The notes under the pieces: generated by a model
Told to the model about the DNA's origin: nothing
Databases searched by the model: none
The model's input: only the letters and a program-made list of their open reading frames with translations
Part shown: piece after piece, positions 48,124 to 60,293 of the stretch
How the letters are laid out: every line of letters starts with the position of its first letter
Position numbering within the stretch: position 1 is the stretch's first letter
Translations under genes and position numbers: made by a program
Assembly (NCBI GenBank): GCA_040285825.1
Contig: JAUPSS010000002.1
Coordinates: 2,666,001 to 2,730,000 of the forward strand
Length of the DNA: 64,000 nucleotides
Reading direction: 5' to 3'
Source: Eukaryota sp. TZLM1-RC
Lineage: Eukaryota; Protista; Metamonada: BaSk clade

Positions 48124-48366
48124 ATGTTCTCTTTGTTACTTCTCTCTATACGAATGGTTCTACAAAATCGCAAACCAAGACGATCCTCAACAAAGACTGT
48201 CACTGTAAGGAAGCATGTCAGCTCCAATGACGTATTTGATGATTACGACCGTTACATGGCCATCAAGCACTCTAAGGACATGGTAAGGTCAAAGAAATGG
48301 GCATTGCAGCACTGGATCGTTGAAGATCTTTACCCCAAAAGAAGTGCCAAATTGAATGACATTTGA
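48124..48366 (+). CDS. Small hypothetical protein, transcribed divergently from the metallothionein gene
   Basis: ATG-initiated 80-aa ORF with AATAAA just after the stop. Confidence 0.45.
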   Translation: MFSLLLLSIRMVLQNRKPRRSSTKTVTVRKHVSSNDVFDDYDRYMAIKHSKDMVRSKKWALQHWIVEDLYPKRSAKLNDI

Positions 48367-48759
48367 CTCAATAAACTCTTCAAGATTCAACTAGAGTTTC
48401 TTCTTCTTTGTTAAATCATTACATGCGCAGATACGCTAGTAACAAACGAATACTGTATTTTAGACATTGTTTTTATTGTTTACTTTGGATTGTCTTACTA
48501 TTGCCTTGACAATGGTACAATTGAAAGGGCTACGTACACAACAATTTCGGAACCGATTTTTTCTTGCATCCATCAATTACCCCATTCTCAACTAATGACA
48601 CTTAGTTAAATGATTTATTTACTGTGCTTCTGAATTGAACAGTTTGCAAAGGTTGTAGTTATAGGAAAGTCAAATACGAACTTTGTGACTCACAGACTCT
48701 GTATTTCAAAGATTATTTTAGTTCAAATATAGATTAGCCTTTGCTGAAACAAACACAGT

Positions 48760-49278
48760 CATCGAATAATTTTGCTTCTGATGAAAGAGGTGATATATAC
48801 TGTGATTGGATTGAGAACTCTGAAGCTGCTGTTGACTTTGTCTCATGTAATGTTACAAATGATACTTTGGTTCACAGAAGAAAACTTAATCCTGTGAATG
48901 CTCTTGAATTCAAAGCCAAAGAAAAACATAGAAAATATGACAAAGATATCGGAAAAGCTAATGCTGAAAGAAAAAGACCACTTGTTTTTATTGATTTCCT
49001 ATTTTCTATAAACGGAAAACTATCAGTAGAAGCAGGAACCTTTTTGAATGATTTCCAAAAAAATGGTTCAAGAAAAAACAATGAAAAGATTTGATTTATT
49101 TATGGCACTGTCGAATTCAATTCACCATTATTAATAGATTGCGTCGGTTTTTCAATCGAATTAGAGAAGCTTTAGTTAAACATCAAGCAATTCAAGATTT
49201 TGTAGAGGAAATCTTGGTTCAATGAATTCCGTCCCATTAGTTATGAGTTTATTTTGTTAAGTGTGCAAGTTCAATAAA
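48760..49278 (+). mobile_element. 5'-truncated RLE retrotransposon family 3, diverged
   Basis: RGDIYCDWIENSEA..DFVSCNV; 3' end matches 41930-41987. Confidence 0.8.
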
Positions 49279-50312
49279 TTAATACTTATAGATTAGCTTT
49301 TCTATCTTTAGCACCAGATGATGGTCTGACCCGCCACGAGATCCTTTTGAAGTTGAACTTGAAGGTTCCCGAGTCGGTATATTATTCTCAAAGTTTGCAG
49401 AAGATCCAGCTCATGTACTGGAATTACCATCTGGAACTGATGGTTGGTCTCCTGCTGTCTTGTTCAAGGAGCTTCAAGATAATTTAGTCGGTATCTCGTT
49501 TGGTAGTCTTTCAGTGATCAAGTCTCTCAAATTTATCGGTGTAAATAGCCATGGAGACCCAATTTAACGCACAGTTTTGGAAGATGAAGATACTGAAGAT
49601 ACTGTTCTAAAATAAAGACAGTCTCAAACCAAAGTTATTGAACCGACTGGTGACAGTCTAAAGGCTGTTGAAAAGGGCTGAAGGTGCTGGTATACCTATG
49701 AGTCCGATGCAACAACCTGATCTCAATACATTATCACCAGTAGCGAAAGCGAAAATTGAAGAACAATGTATAGTTTTGAAGTAACTTAAGAAATCAAGCT
49801 TTTGGCTATTTAGGTTGGTTCCTAGGAGAAAGGCCAAGAGCGAATCTGGTTAGCGTACTATTGTTAGTTAGGAACGAGACAATTGTAGGTGTAAGGGAGT
49901 CAGAAATGTTGTTTCCGCTGACGTTGTCAAGTCTTTACATCGGAAAAGATAAAGTTCGTGTAAGAGAGAAGTTGTGACTGTTGCCCTGTCAAGAGTCATT
50001 GTTAGGTGGAGTGGTTTCTATTTCAAGATTAAAGAAGTGTCAAGTTGATCACATTATGAAAAATCAACTTTATACGAACTCATTGAAACAACACGTTTTA
50101 TTGATCGGATATGCTGATGTTATCACCTAAAAAATTTCTTCAACTGTAACTTTTTCAAGAAAGAAAATAGTTGCGGCAAAATATCACGTATTATAGTGTT
50201 TAATTATCATTTTGCTCAGGCTTTGTGATTGTATAGATGTAAGAAGTTTGTGAATAAATCAAATTTTTATTGTTGACTGTCTGATCTTTTCTCGACTGAC
50301 ATATTCACCCCA

Positions 50313-52214
50313 ATGGCAAATACAGAGTTGCCACGTCGAGAGCGTGTACTCCCCTGGGAGGTTAACCGTCGTGAGCAACCAATAAACGACAGCAAGACGA
50401 CAGTTCCAGCAAGTGCTGCTCAGTTCTTCTCTACTGCAGCTCTTGTTTCAATGGAAAGACAGTTTCGCTATATTCGAACTGTCACTGTGCTTGCTGCCCG
50501 GTTAGCACAGCTGTTCGTCCTGCAATATCCGGAAATGGCTTTCTGGTTATATCAACAACAGTTTTGGTATCAATGTCAAGACTTTGTAATGGTACCTCAT
50601 CCGACTGTGAGACGCCCATTCGAGAATCATATGGAAGTGTACCGCGCACTCTATGATGTCTCTTTCCGACCTGGCTGGCCGTTTCCTCCTATTGGCTTTC
50701 AGAAGGGAACCGACAACTGGTGCCACTCTGACATTAGAAGCTTTCGCGCACTGCAAATGGTGAACAGCTTTTGTCAAATACTTACTGATGGCCCTGTCTC
50801 CTGGAAGCTGAACATCTTGAGGACAATGGCTACCTTCTTTGAGTGCCCTTGCCCAAAAAAATATGCTTCATTAGTGGTGAACACGACTACAGCCACTATT
50901 CCTGACTCTTTGCGCGCATGGTATGATGAAGGTCACCATGAGTGCATAATGGACCTATTTACTCAGCAGGTTGCCGACCCTCATCGTTTTTGACACTATG
51001 TTGATGCTGGACAATGTTGATCTCAATCCAGACAACATCACCTTCTTATTCACTACTGGGCTAAATATTTTATCCTTTCGGGAAAATATTGCATCTGACA
51101 CCATGCGAAGAAATGCCGTGTCCCCATCCCCCAGTTATTCTCCTGGCTTTATCTCTTTTAGTCAAAAACTGGAAAAGCATTTTCTCTCTTTTAATGCCAA
51201 CCACTGTCTGCTGAAAGATCCGTTTGCCTTTTTCAGAAAAAAGAAGTATCTGACTTACACAATCAGTTCAGACGCTGTTTCAATTCGTTTCACTTTTTCC
51301 TTTGCCCCAAAAAAAATAAGAATCGCCGGAAAGCCAGAGAATTGGCAACCACCATAGCCAGTGGGGAACACGATATACCTGCAAAGAATCGGAAGCGAAA
51401 CTCTAGACTTCAACAACAGGTCCGTCCAAGGCAACGTCGAAGAACTGACGACGCCTATGAGCCTCCGCTAGTTGATCCAATTGAATATTCATTTTGTGCA
51501 ACTAATCACAAAAATTTGTGTGGTTATTCAATTGGATCAAGAATTGATAATAACAATGTTGATCATCAACTTTCGGGCCTTGTTCTGAATCCAAAGGCAA
51601 GGAAGATCATTCACCCCCCGGTCCTGACCCATGCATCACCAAATTGCTATTTTGCTGAGAATTTACACAAATATCTTAATGAAGTAGCAATGCCTTTGAT
51701 GTGGGTACTGACACAGGAAGAAATCAACAATCCCGACTTCCGTCCGAGAACTATACTAGACCAACTGCTGATAAATGTAGATCGCCGAGCCCTGCGCCGC
51801 AACAAGTTTGATTTCTTTATAAGAAGGCAAAAAAGAATAATGGGATTAATTGAAAAAATTAAACTAATGGCTAATGGAAGAGAAACCATAATTTGGTTTG
51901 GTAGTGGAGGTGATGGGCCATCAAGACAAGCTGTGAAAACCCCAAGGAAGCGCTTTTTGAAGGAGATTCAGAAACATTTTACATATGTGAAGCCTAATGG
52001 AGATGAATTCTACACATCTGCCAAAACGAATTGCTGTAAGGTATTCAATCAAAAGTTGTATCACGATGATGGGACGGTGAACAATGATAAGTTTGTTTGC
52101 CCTCAATGTCAGACACTCTGGTCGAGGGACATCTCAGCCTCCAGAAACCAACTGGAGATTGCCATAAGTGAACACTACTACAATGAAAGACCTGAGGCGT
52201 TGGAGACCACGTAG
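50313..52214 (+). CDS. Fanzor family B, about 633 aa after correcting two homopolymer indels (T-run 50987-50991, A-run 51309-51316); RuvC-I Asp absent
   Basis: IWFGSGG, GDEFYTSAKTNCC, CPQC..LWSRDISASRNQL, ERP; no true in-frame stop once the frames are joined. Confidence 0.78.
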
Positions 52215-52386
52215 ATAAGTGTTTTTCCATGTAATGCGTACCTGTACGCGTATTGTGATGTTGCTGCTTTAACTATCATTTGATCGTGATATCATATAGT
52301 GATGGATCTAAAGTATGCTTAACGTCTATCAAGATTGCATGAATTGGTCAAAAGCCAGAAGTGCGTTTTGATAGAAATTCGCACTA
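52215..52386 (+). ncRNA. Candidate omegaRNA / right end of Fanzor B ending GCAC|TA
   Basis: Nested stems GAATT/AATTC and TCAAAA/TTTTGA; loop AGTGC can pair with the terminal GCACT (pseudoknot). Confidence 0.6.
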
Positions 52387-52395
52387 TCATTACAA

Positions 52396-54826
52396 ATGCC
52401 CCGGAGCAAAAGACACCTCTTGGCTCAGTACTACGGTGTATCTACACCTAATGCTAGTGCTAAGAATCCATTAGATTTCAAAGACCCTTCCTTTGTACCA
52501 GAGTCTTACCATGACCATGTCAAGAATAACTTCTCTGCTTCTCAACTACATGAAACTCACCAACAACTCCAAATCTCTATAGCTGAACTCAAATCCAAAC
52601 TTCAGTCAGTGGTCTATGACAATTATGCAAAGTTTACCTCGGCTGGCACTGTCATTCAATCTGTATGTCCCACTTCTTCTCTCCTCACTTCAGATGACCT
52701 CCTCCCTCTCTACTCTCAACTCTGACCTCTCTTCGATTGATGATGCTTTCTCTTCCTTAAACTCCACAATGAATGATCTCTCTCCCATATCCTTTTCACT
52801 CTCTGACCTTGCTAGCCTCGCTGACAGATGTGGTGCTGTCAAACAACTAAGCCATCTCTTAGACCTTCCTCTCTCATTAGAAAGGTTCTTGGAGTATGAA
52901 TGTTATGGTAAGTGTGTTTGTCTATATTTGGAAGCAAGGCCAGTATTTGAGCATAGTGATTTACAATTTGTTGAAGAATTGAAAATTAATTTGGAATCGA
53001 TTGTTAAAGATTTATTGGATTTAATTTTAAAAAAACAAATTAATTCAAATGATTTGGAATTATTCTGGCAAGGAATGTTTAATTACTCCATTGTCTTGAT
53101 CAATCAAAATAATCAATCAACTGATGATTTGATTGATTTTGTTTCTGATTCTCTGATGACGTGGAGGGGTCTGATTGAGCAAAACATTTCTTTCTCTGGC
53201 TTTAATTTGGACTCAATTCGTCAAACTTTTTCCGAAATATTTAATCAAATTTGGTACTTAAAAGGTTTCTTGTCTCTGTTGTTCAACATACCTAATCTTT
53301 CCAATTCTGCCATCAATTCTTTTTTGAATAATGGTTATTTAATTGTGGATTTTTTAAAGGAAATCAGCACTGACCGGTTTTTTAATTTTCCAAGTAGTGT
53401 GGAAAAAAGTTTTAACATATGCGTAAAAAAATTAGTTGAAACTTTGTTTTCTAAATTAAATGTTATTAAAAAACAAATTATTTCTGATGTTGACGGTTTC
53501 ACGCTCAATTTTATTAAATTAAATCATTTTTTCAGGGAAATTCCTGCTGGTTTGATTGATCTTTTTAATGTAAAATCAGTTATGTTTTCAAAGTCAGTTT
53601 GTCAATCAATCATTTCACACGTCACTGGTTGCCTAGAGCGTGACATGATGACGTTGGCAGTCAAAAACTCTCAGATAGTTTCATTTTCAATCAAGGACAA
53701 GTCAAACTTGGTCAACGCTTTTTTGACCCTTTTCAAAACTGTTTTGACCCAATGCCATCCTTTAATTAAAAGTCTCAATTATTCAGAGTTTTTTACGACC
53801 GAATATGTCACAAGTTCTCTTAATGCTCAACTTATTTCTGCAATTTACAATTTTATATCACATTTGAAAAATCAAATTTTAAAAGCAATTTCTGGTAATA
53901 ATTGTTTATGTTTAATCAGAATTTTACTTACTTTTGGGCAAGATGTTTTGTGTGACGTTTTTGATTTGATTGATGACGTTTTGATTACTGATGAGGATGT
54001 GGTAAATGGTAGAAGGAGTGAAGATCGATCAAATCAATCAATTTTGATTGATGACGTTTTTAATCTCGGTCAGGATTTGTTTTCAATTAAAGTGTTTTAC
54101 ATTTTACACAATGTATTTGAAACCGTTGAATCGAGTTGTAAACGTGATCTATGTTTGACTTCAAAGGACTTCTCGACACCTTCCATTCTTTCTGGTCTTT
54201 TAGTCAAGAAAGTATCAAATTTTCATGAATTATTTAAAATCTTTCCTGATCCAATTGGAGCTCAATCAAATATTGTTTCACTCCGGGAAAATTTAGAATA
54301 TTTATCTCCAAGGGATATAATTGAAAGAAAAGTCGAAATTGATGTGGAATCTCTGTTTGATGAAGTGGTCAGTCTTCCTCAGTTGACGATTAAGGATCAT
54401 TATTTGAAATTTTCACACTGCCAGTGCCTTGATTGCGCTGATTTTAACCTTGTTGATGTTCAAAATTTCCTCCAATCAAATCAATCAATACTTTCAATCA
54501 TTTATGATGAAGAATCACAAAATTCAATAGAAAATAATATTTTCAATCAATCTTTTGTGTGCTCTCTGGTCTTCATTTTGTCTTTTAAAAAACTAGTTTC
54601 TTTTGTCTATTCAAAAACAGAATTAAATTTTCCTCAAATTCAGCTAGATGTAGCTTTCTTCAGAAGTTGTATTCCAAGTTATTGTGGACATTTGGCGCCG
54701 ATTGTCAACAGTGTGTTGGATAAACTGCTTGTTTCAGCAGCTCAGAAGGTAAAAAATGATACCATTTTGCCCTATGATGATGTCACCGAAGCAATCAATC
54801 AATTTAGATTAGAAGCAGGACTCTAA
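52396..54826 (+). CDS. VPS51: Vps51 (GARP/EARP subunit); 31-nt intron at 52663-52693
   Basis: LLAQYYG..NPLD....F.PESY...LQSVVYDNYAKF.SA..I; GTATGT...CTCACTTCAG intron joins the two ORFs in frame; QIQLDV near the C-terminus. Confidence 0.82.
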
Positions 54827-54831
54827 TTATT

Positions 54832-56006
54832 TTATTTAATCCAACATATTTGATTTAATATTTCTTCCCTTAACCTGGGAAACGTTTTGGCTTTCATTTG
54901 TACTTTTTTCCTACTCAATTTGGTTGATAATCTTGATAAGGTCTTTGATGATGTTGTACCTCGTAGTTTTTGACTTTCAAAGTAGGTAAATGAAAGCTTT
55001 CTTACATCCGGAAATTCATTCAGGCACTCATCAACAATAGATTCACACTCGTCTTTGAGCCCAGATAGTTTACAAATTGAGTCTGACATTTGTATTTCGT
55101 AAACATTGGTCTTTTGCATGTCCAAGAGTTGTTTTAACTCGTTAATTTCTTCAGAGTTTATACTGACATTAGTTTTCGCCAATAAATTCTGAATATTTCC
55201 CTCAATAAAATACTTTTCAAATATTAGTTTTGGAGAATTTGTAGCTAATTGAGCACATGGAGCTCGTAATTGTAAAACGGCATTACCTGGCAAATTCCAA
55301 GAATTAAAGACTGATGAACAAAGCTGTTGGTTGTCACTCACTAACTGATTAATGATAAGCTTCTTTGCCTTTAAAAGACGGATCACTGGTGATATTTGGT
55401 CCTGACTTACCCAAACTCGGTCAATCTCCACATATCCTCGACATATGGACAGTAATAGCTCAATTTGAGCAAGTACTTGGTCATCAATTGCTATAGACTC
55501 CCCCTGTCCCCTGGCAGATTGAAGATAAAAGTCTTGAATCTTGTTGGACAGACGACTTGCTTTTAACTCCCCAAGTTCGAGGTGGAGCAGTTCATAATGC
55601 AATTGAATGCTCAGAGTTTCAGCATGATCGAGGGCTTGAAAGAAGAGTCGCTGAGCAAATGACTTGACACTAACACGATAGAAATGGTCAACATAGAAGA
55701 AAATCTTTGAATCATTATCATGCTGACGGGTATGAAATGGTTGTTCTCTTCCTTTGAGATTGAGGACCAAGCTACACTTTGGCAAAGCCTTTCTTATGAG
55801 AGGAAGTTCATCAACTCTTGTACTCACTGAACCTAGACCCTTGTAGAAGGCATCTATATAAACTGTTTTATCCACTCGCTGAGTCAAAACGTTAAGTTTG
55901 CGAGAAACTAGTCCTGATATGAGACTTTTCACCACAACATACTTAGTCTTAATAGCGTTTGTATGGACGCTTTCTGCAGAATGATGCTGTAGAGAGAGTT
56001 GAACAT
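54832..56006 (-). CDS. Probable F-box-like protein; 29-nt intron at 55914-55942
   Basis: Splicing GTATGT...CTCATATCAG gives MFNSLYSIILQKASIQTLLRLRLVSRKL in frame with ORF 54832..55935; start uncertain. Confidence 0.55.
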
Positions 56007-56535
56007 GATAAAGGTACTGTTTCGTTCAAGATGTCTACATTGTCCTGTTGATAAAAGGGTATCTTCTTCAAACAATTTGTAGTATTACAAGCTTTAGGTG
56101 TGATCATGAATATCCTTCTTACAGTTTAACAACCCAAACAGAAGATGAAGTATGTTTATCAAAATATATTATCACTTAAAGTGCTTCACAGACGATAACC
56201 AAACACAACCGGAAGATGAAAATAAATGTCATTATCTTCAAATATTCAAATCAATAAGGGCAAATCATTAATATGTTGTTTTGCGAGTAATCAATTCCAC
56301 AATTGAATTAATCCCATTACTGTTCATTTTTTTTAATTTTTTTGGAAGTATTCTGTTTATTTACGAGAATATGTCTCCCTATTCTGTGTTTGAAATTGTT
56401 TTTACACCAAACTACCAAAACCTTGTTACAGTTTAACAATTGTATGGACACTTTTTGATTTAAAAAATATTCATGATCAATTTTTGACTGAAGCTTCTTG
56501 TAACAGTTTCGTCTTTATGTTGTCAATCTATTTGA

Positions 56536-57579
56536 TTATTTCCAAATACCATAAATTGAGGTACCGCAATCACGACATTTCCCATCATCCAATAAAACAT
56601 TTACTCTTCTTGAGCGATTCCTAGTTATCACAACTGCATTACAAGAAGGACAATAAGTGTTCATGAGTTCATGATCAGGTACATTTCCCAAATATACATG
56701 TAACACACCACAATCTTTAGCAATACGAGCAGCTCTTTCCAATGTTTGAACTGATGTTCTGGGTATGTCGAGGAGCTTGTAAGTGGGATAACACGCTGAA
56801 AAGTGAAGCGGAATAGACGGAGAAACAGAAACAACAAAAGAACAAAGATCCTTGAACTGTTGATCTGAATCGTTGTGACCTTCAATAACTAAGTTAGTTA
56901 CCTCTACATGTATACCTCGTTCAAAAGCTTTTCTAATAAATTCTTGCACAGGACCTAATCGTGCCCCGCAAAGCTTTTTATAAAAATCATCATCTCCTTT
57001 TAAATCCACATTGAAAGCATCACAGTAAGGAGCAATCATATCAAGAGCCTCATCTGTCCAGTAACCATTTGTTACTCCAACAGTTTTAATCCCCTTTTCT
57101 TTTGCTAGTTTGAAAGTGTCAAACATGTATTCAAACATAATAACAGGTTCAGTGTAGGTGAATGCGATAGATGGACAACGGGAAGCTTGTGCTCGTCCAA
57201 CAATCTGGGTTGGTTGAAGATCATCACCCATGGCTTCAAAGTCTTTTGTGTCTACCACTCTTCGGGCTAAATCTGAGACTTGGCTGATTTGGTAATTCTG
57301 ACAAAACTTGCATTTGAGATTACAACCAACAGTTCCAACACTGAGAATGCTTGTTCCAGGGAGAACGTGAAAGAGGGGCTTCTTTTCTATGGGATCCATT
57401 GATGCGGCGATAGATTTGCCATATACCAAAGAGCGGACTTGACCTTCAACCATTGCACGAGCATTACATCGGCCAATTTGGCCCTCTTTTGAAAAGACGC
57501 AACGATGAGCACATGTTAGACATTGTATTTTACCATCATCTTTCTGTTCTGTGACATAGGACCCATGAAGTTGAGACAT
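56536..57579 (-). CDS. amrS: AmmeMemoRadiSam-system radical SAM enzyme
   Basis: C..CAHRC...G.C.AR, DPIEKKPLFH.LPG, GCNLKCKFCQNYQISQ, IAFTYTEP, NVDLK, VYLGNV, TYCPSC. Confidence 0.9.
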   Translation of the reverse strand: MSQLHGSYVTEQKDDGKIQCLTCAHRCVFSKEGQIGRCNARAMVEGQVRSLVYGKSIAASMDPIEKKPLFHVLPGTSILSVGTVGCNLKCKFCQNYQISQVSDLARRVVDTKDFEAMGDDLQPTQIVGRAQASRCPSIAFTYTEPVIMFEYMFDTFKLAKEKGIKTVGVTNGYWTDEALDMIAPYCDAFNVDLKGDDDFYKKLCGARLGPVQEFIRKAFERGIHVEVTNLVIEGHNDSDQQFKDLCSFVVSVSPSIPLHFSACYPTYKLLDIPRTSVQTLERAARIAKDCGVLHVYLGNVPDHELMNTYCPSCNAVVITRNRSRRVNVLLDDGKCRDCGTSIYGIWK

Positions 57580-57822
57580 TACTGTATAAATTGGGATTTT
57601 TTGGAAAACTTTTCAGAAATCCTGACTCAGAATGTGTTTTATGGAATCCTATTTCAAAAATGTATTACATCAAAAAATACCAAACTTTATTCAGAAAATT
57701 CAAAGTGCAATATGCTTTGTATTGAAATTGATTGAGATGCAGTAATATTTACTCAACTCAGAATGGGGTTGATACAATAAAAGGTTATAAAAGGTTATTA
57801 TAAAGAATTAAAGATACAGAAA

Positions 57823-60245
57823 ATGATTTTGATGACCCTGGTATTAATCCTTCTCAATATCAAGGATCGAATCAACAGTATAATTAAGCAAATCAATGAA
57901 AGAGCAATGAGTTTATTGAGAGGTGAAGTACCCCAACACACAATTTCTGCACATGAGATTAATTACTCATTGAACTTGTATTATAACGAATGTTATCATA
58001 TTCTTTCATATCATGTATCCGATAACACAAATACATCTGTAGCAGAATGGCAAGCACTTTGATCCAAGATTGGCAGTGATAGAAGGAGATGTAACTAGTC
58101 AATATAGATCGGTTTAGCTGCAGTGTGCCAATGATGAACATTCCAAACGAATGTTCCATTATTAGAATCCTTTTGTTCTTCACATGCCTATATCTCACTG
58201 GTTGCTGTTGATGTTGTTTCGGATTTTGTGAGCTCTCAGACCCTCTTCGTAATGTGAACTCCGATTATGTTGTCTTGCTTTGATTTGTACTGTATTATAC
58301 CCATTTCCTTATGATCAACTTTCTCACAACATTATATCGTTGTTGTCGGACCAAACCTTGTGATGGTTTCAGCGATAGTGTTTCATAGTTTGGTACAATA
58401 ATTGGTAAGGATGCTTAGGTTAAATCATTGTGGACATCCACAATAGTATCAAGTGTTTGACTAAAGTGAGGAAACTAAGTGTCGCCACTGAATGTGTGTT
58501 CCATCTTCCAACTGGTATCCTCACCATTTTGGAGAAATTGTAGTAGAACAGTTAAGAGCACAGAAGAAAAGGTCAGGGCCTCGATTTCCGATCGGAATCG
58601 TTGTTCTGATCCTTCCGTGGGGGTATAGTATATCACTTTTTGGAGTCGTCATGTGAGTCATGATATGGGTGCTGTTGAATCAGCCATGGTCACAATCACC
58701 TTAGATATGGGATGTTTTTCTTGTTGGTGTTTTGTTATATATTGTTATTTTGATGTTTTTGAGTTTGTTGATTTTCGTGTTTTGGGTTCATCTTTGAAGA
58801 TCTTATTGAGCCATTTACTTGTCAAATTGAAAATTTGGTCACTGAAGAGAATTTAGTTGATAAAACATTTCTAGTTGATGTACATTTTCTTGCAAATGCA
58901 GTTGAGAAAGATCCTCAGATATTCTTAAAACCAACAATTACAATTGCTCAATTCATTGCCATTGGAGAAGGGAAACCTTATCACATTACCCCTGTATCAA
59001 CAAATGTAGGTCCGGGATTGTTTCCAATTGACACAAGAACAATGTGGACAATTATCACACAAACATTAGTGGATGGTCTGTTGCCTCAACAGAGAATGAA
59101 ACTGGTCGATACGCAAGATCAAGTCCTTAGATTTAAACCACCTGAGCAATTTGACTTTTGGTCTAATATTATCGATTTAAACCAACCGATGTTCAACCAA
59201 AAGAGTTATAAATTCAACAACATTATCCACACAGATGAATTTAATATTGTAGTAGAATCTGTTCGTCAGCATTTACAAGGTCATAAATGTAAGCCAGACA
59301 ACAAGGCTAGTATTTCTGATTTATACTGATGATGTTGATGTTGATACTTTTCAAGACAAACGAATTGTTGTTTGTGATTCTGGAAAACGTGAATTAATGT
59401 ATTTTGGGAGTAAAAATCTGATCAAGATTTAGCCATAGTGCCTAAACATCATACCGATCAGCAGAGAAATAGTCGGGTGATGAATCTGGACAAGAAATTC
59501 AAATGGTTGAGAATGACTCAGATGTCCTGGTCTTTGAAAAGTAGGATGAATGAAAAGCAAAAACGATGGGCGACAAAGTAAATTGAGGTAGATTACGACA
59601 GGAACCAAATGATGGAGTCTAACGAATTGTCAATCGAAGATGCAAACACCGAATTATCCGCGTTTGCTGCCAATTCAGCAACTTTTATAGATTTTCCCAA
59701 CTTTGTCCGAACTTCGGCAAGTTTTTTTGACAATTGACTTTTATAGTCTTGACTTGTGGAGCATTAATAAAATGCAAGCTTTTATTCACAAGCAAAAGTC
59801 TGAAAGTTGGTTGTTAAAAAGTCTTATTCACCAGTTATGCAATCCAAAAGACACTTTAATACTAATGGGTGATTCTGGTAAAAAAGGTTCCAAAAATTGG
59901 AAACATCATAGGCCTACTCGAGGCATTGCATGTATTCAATTTCTGAAAAGAAATGGATTTGAAGTATTGATGATTAATGAAACTTTCACATCAGCAAAAT
60001 GTCCTGTTTGTTTTGAAAAGGTTGCTACGTTTGTGAGAGTAGCAAATCCCAGATTCTATAGAAGAGAAAAGACTCCAGTTACCACATGTCATGGTTTATT
60101 AGCTTGTAATAGTGAGAGTTGCAAACTCAGTAACAAAGGCTCAACCAGGCTTTTCAATAGAAATAAGCTGGCTTGTCTGAATATGTTTGCAATGGTTGAA
60201 GCCAGAATGAGTGGTAATGAAAGACCTCAGTATCTGTGTAGTTGA
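57823..60245 (+). pseudogene. Fanzor family E (fungal Fanzor1-like), broken and interrupted by an insertion at about 58160-58820; 5' limit uncertain
   Basis: KRIVVCDSGKRELMYF; LILMGD; HHRPTRG; INETFTSAKCPVC; NPRFYRR...CHGLLAC....C; RLFNRNKLACLNM; ERPQYL. Confidence 0.8.
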
Positions 60246-60293
60246 TCATTTTTGTAATTATTCCGCACGAAAATTGATCGTGTAATTATGGGA

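Noticed and set aside
57580-57700. ...TACAG|TA|ATG upstream of amrS as a fifth Fanzor end or the left end of E
   Set aside because: Only 5-6 nt resemble the C terminus, the same CAGTA precedes the TE-free 48124 gene, and there is no convincing match to the E right end.
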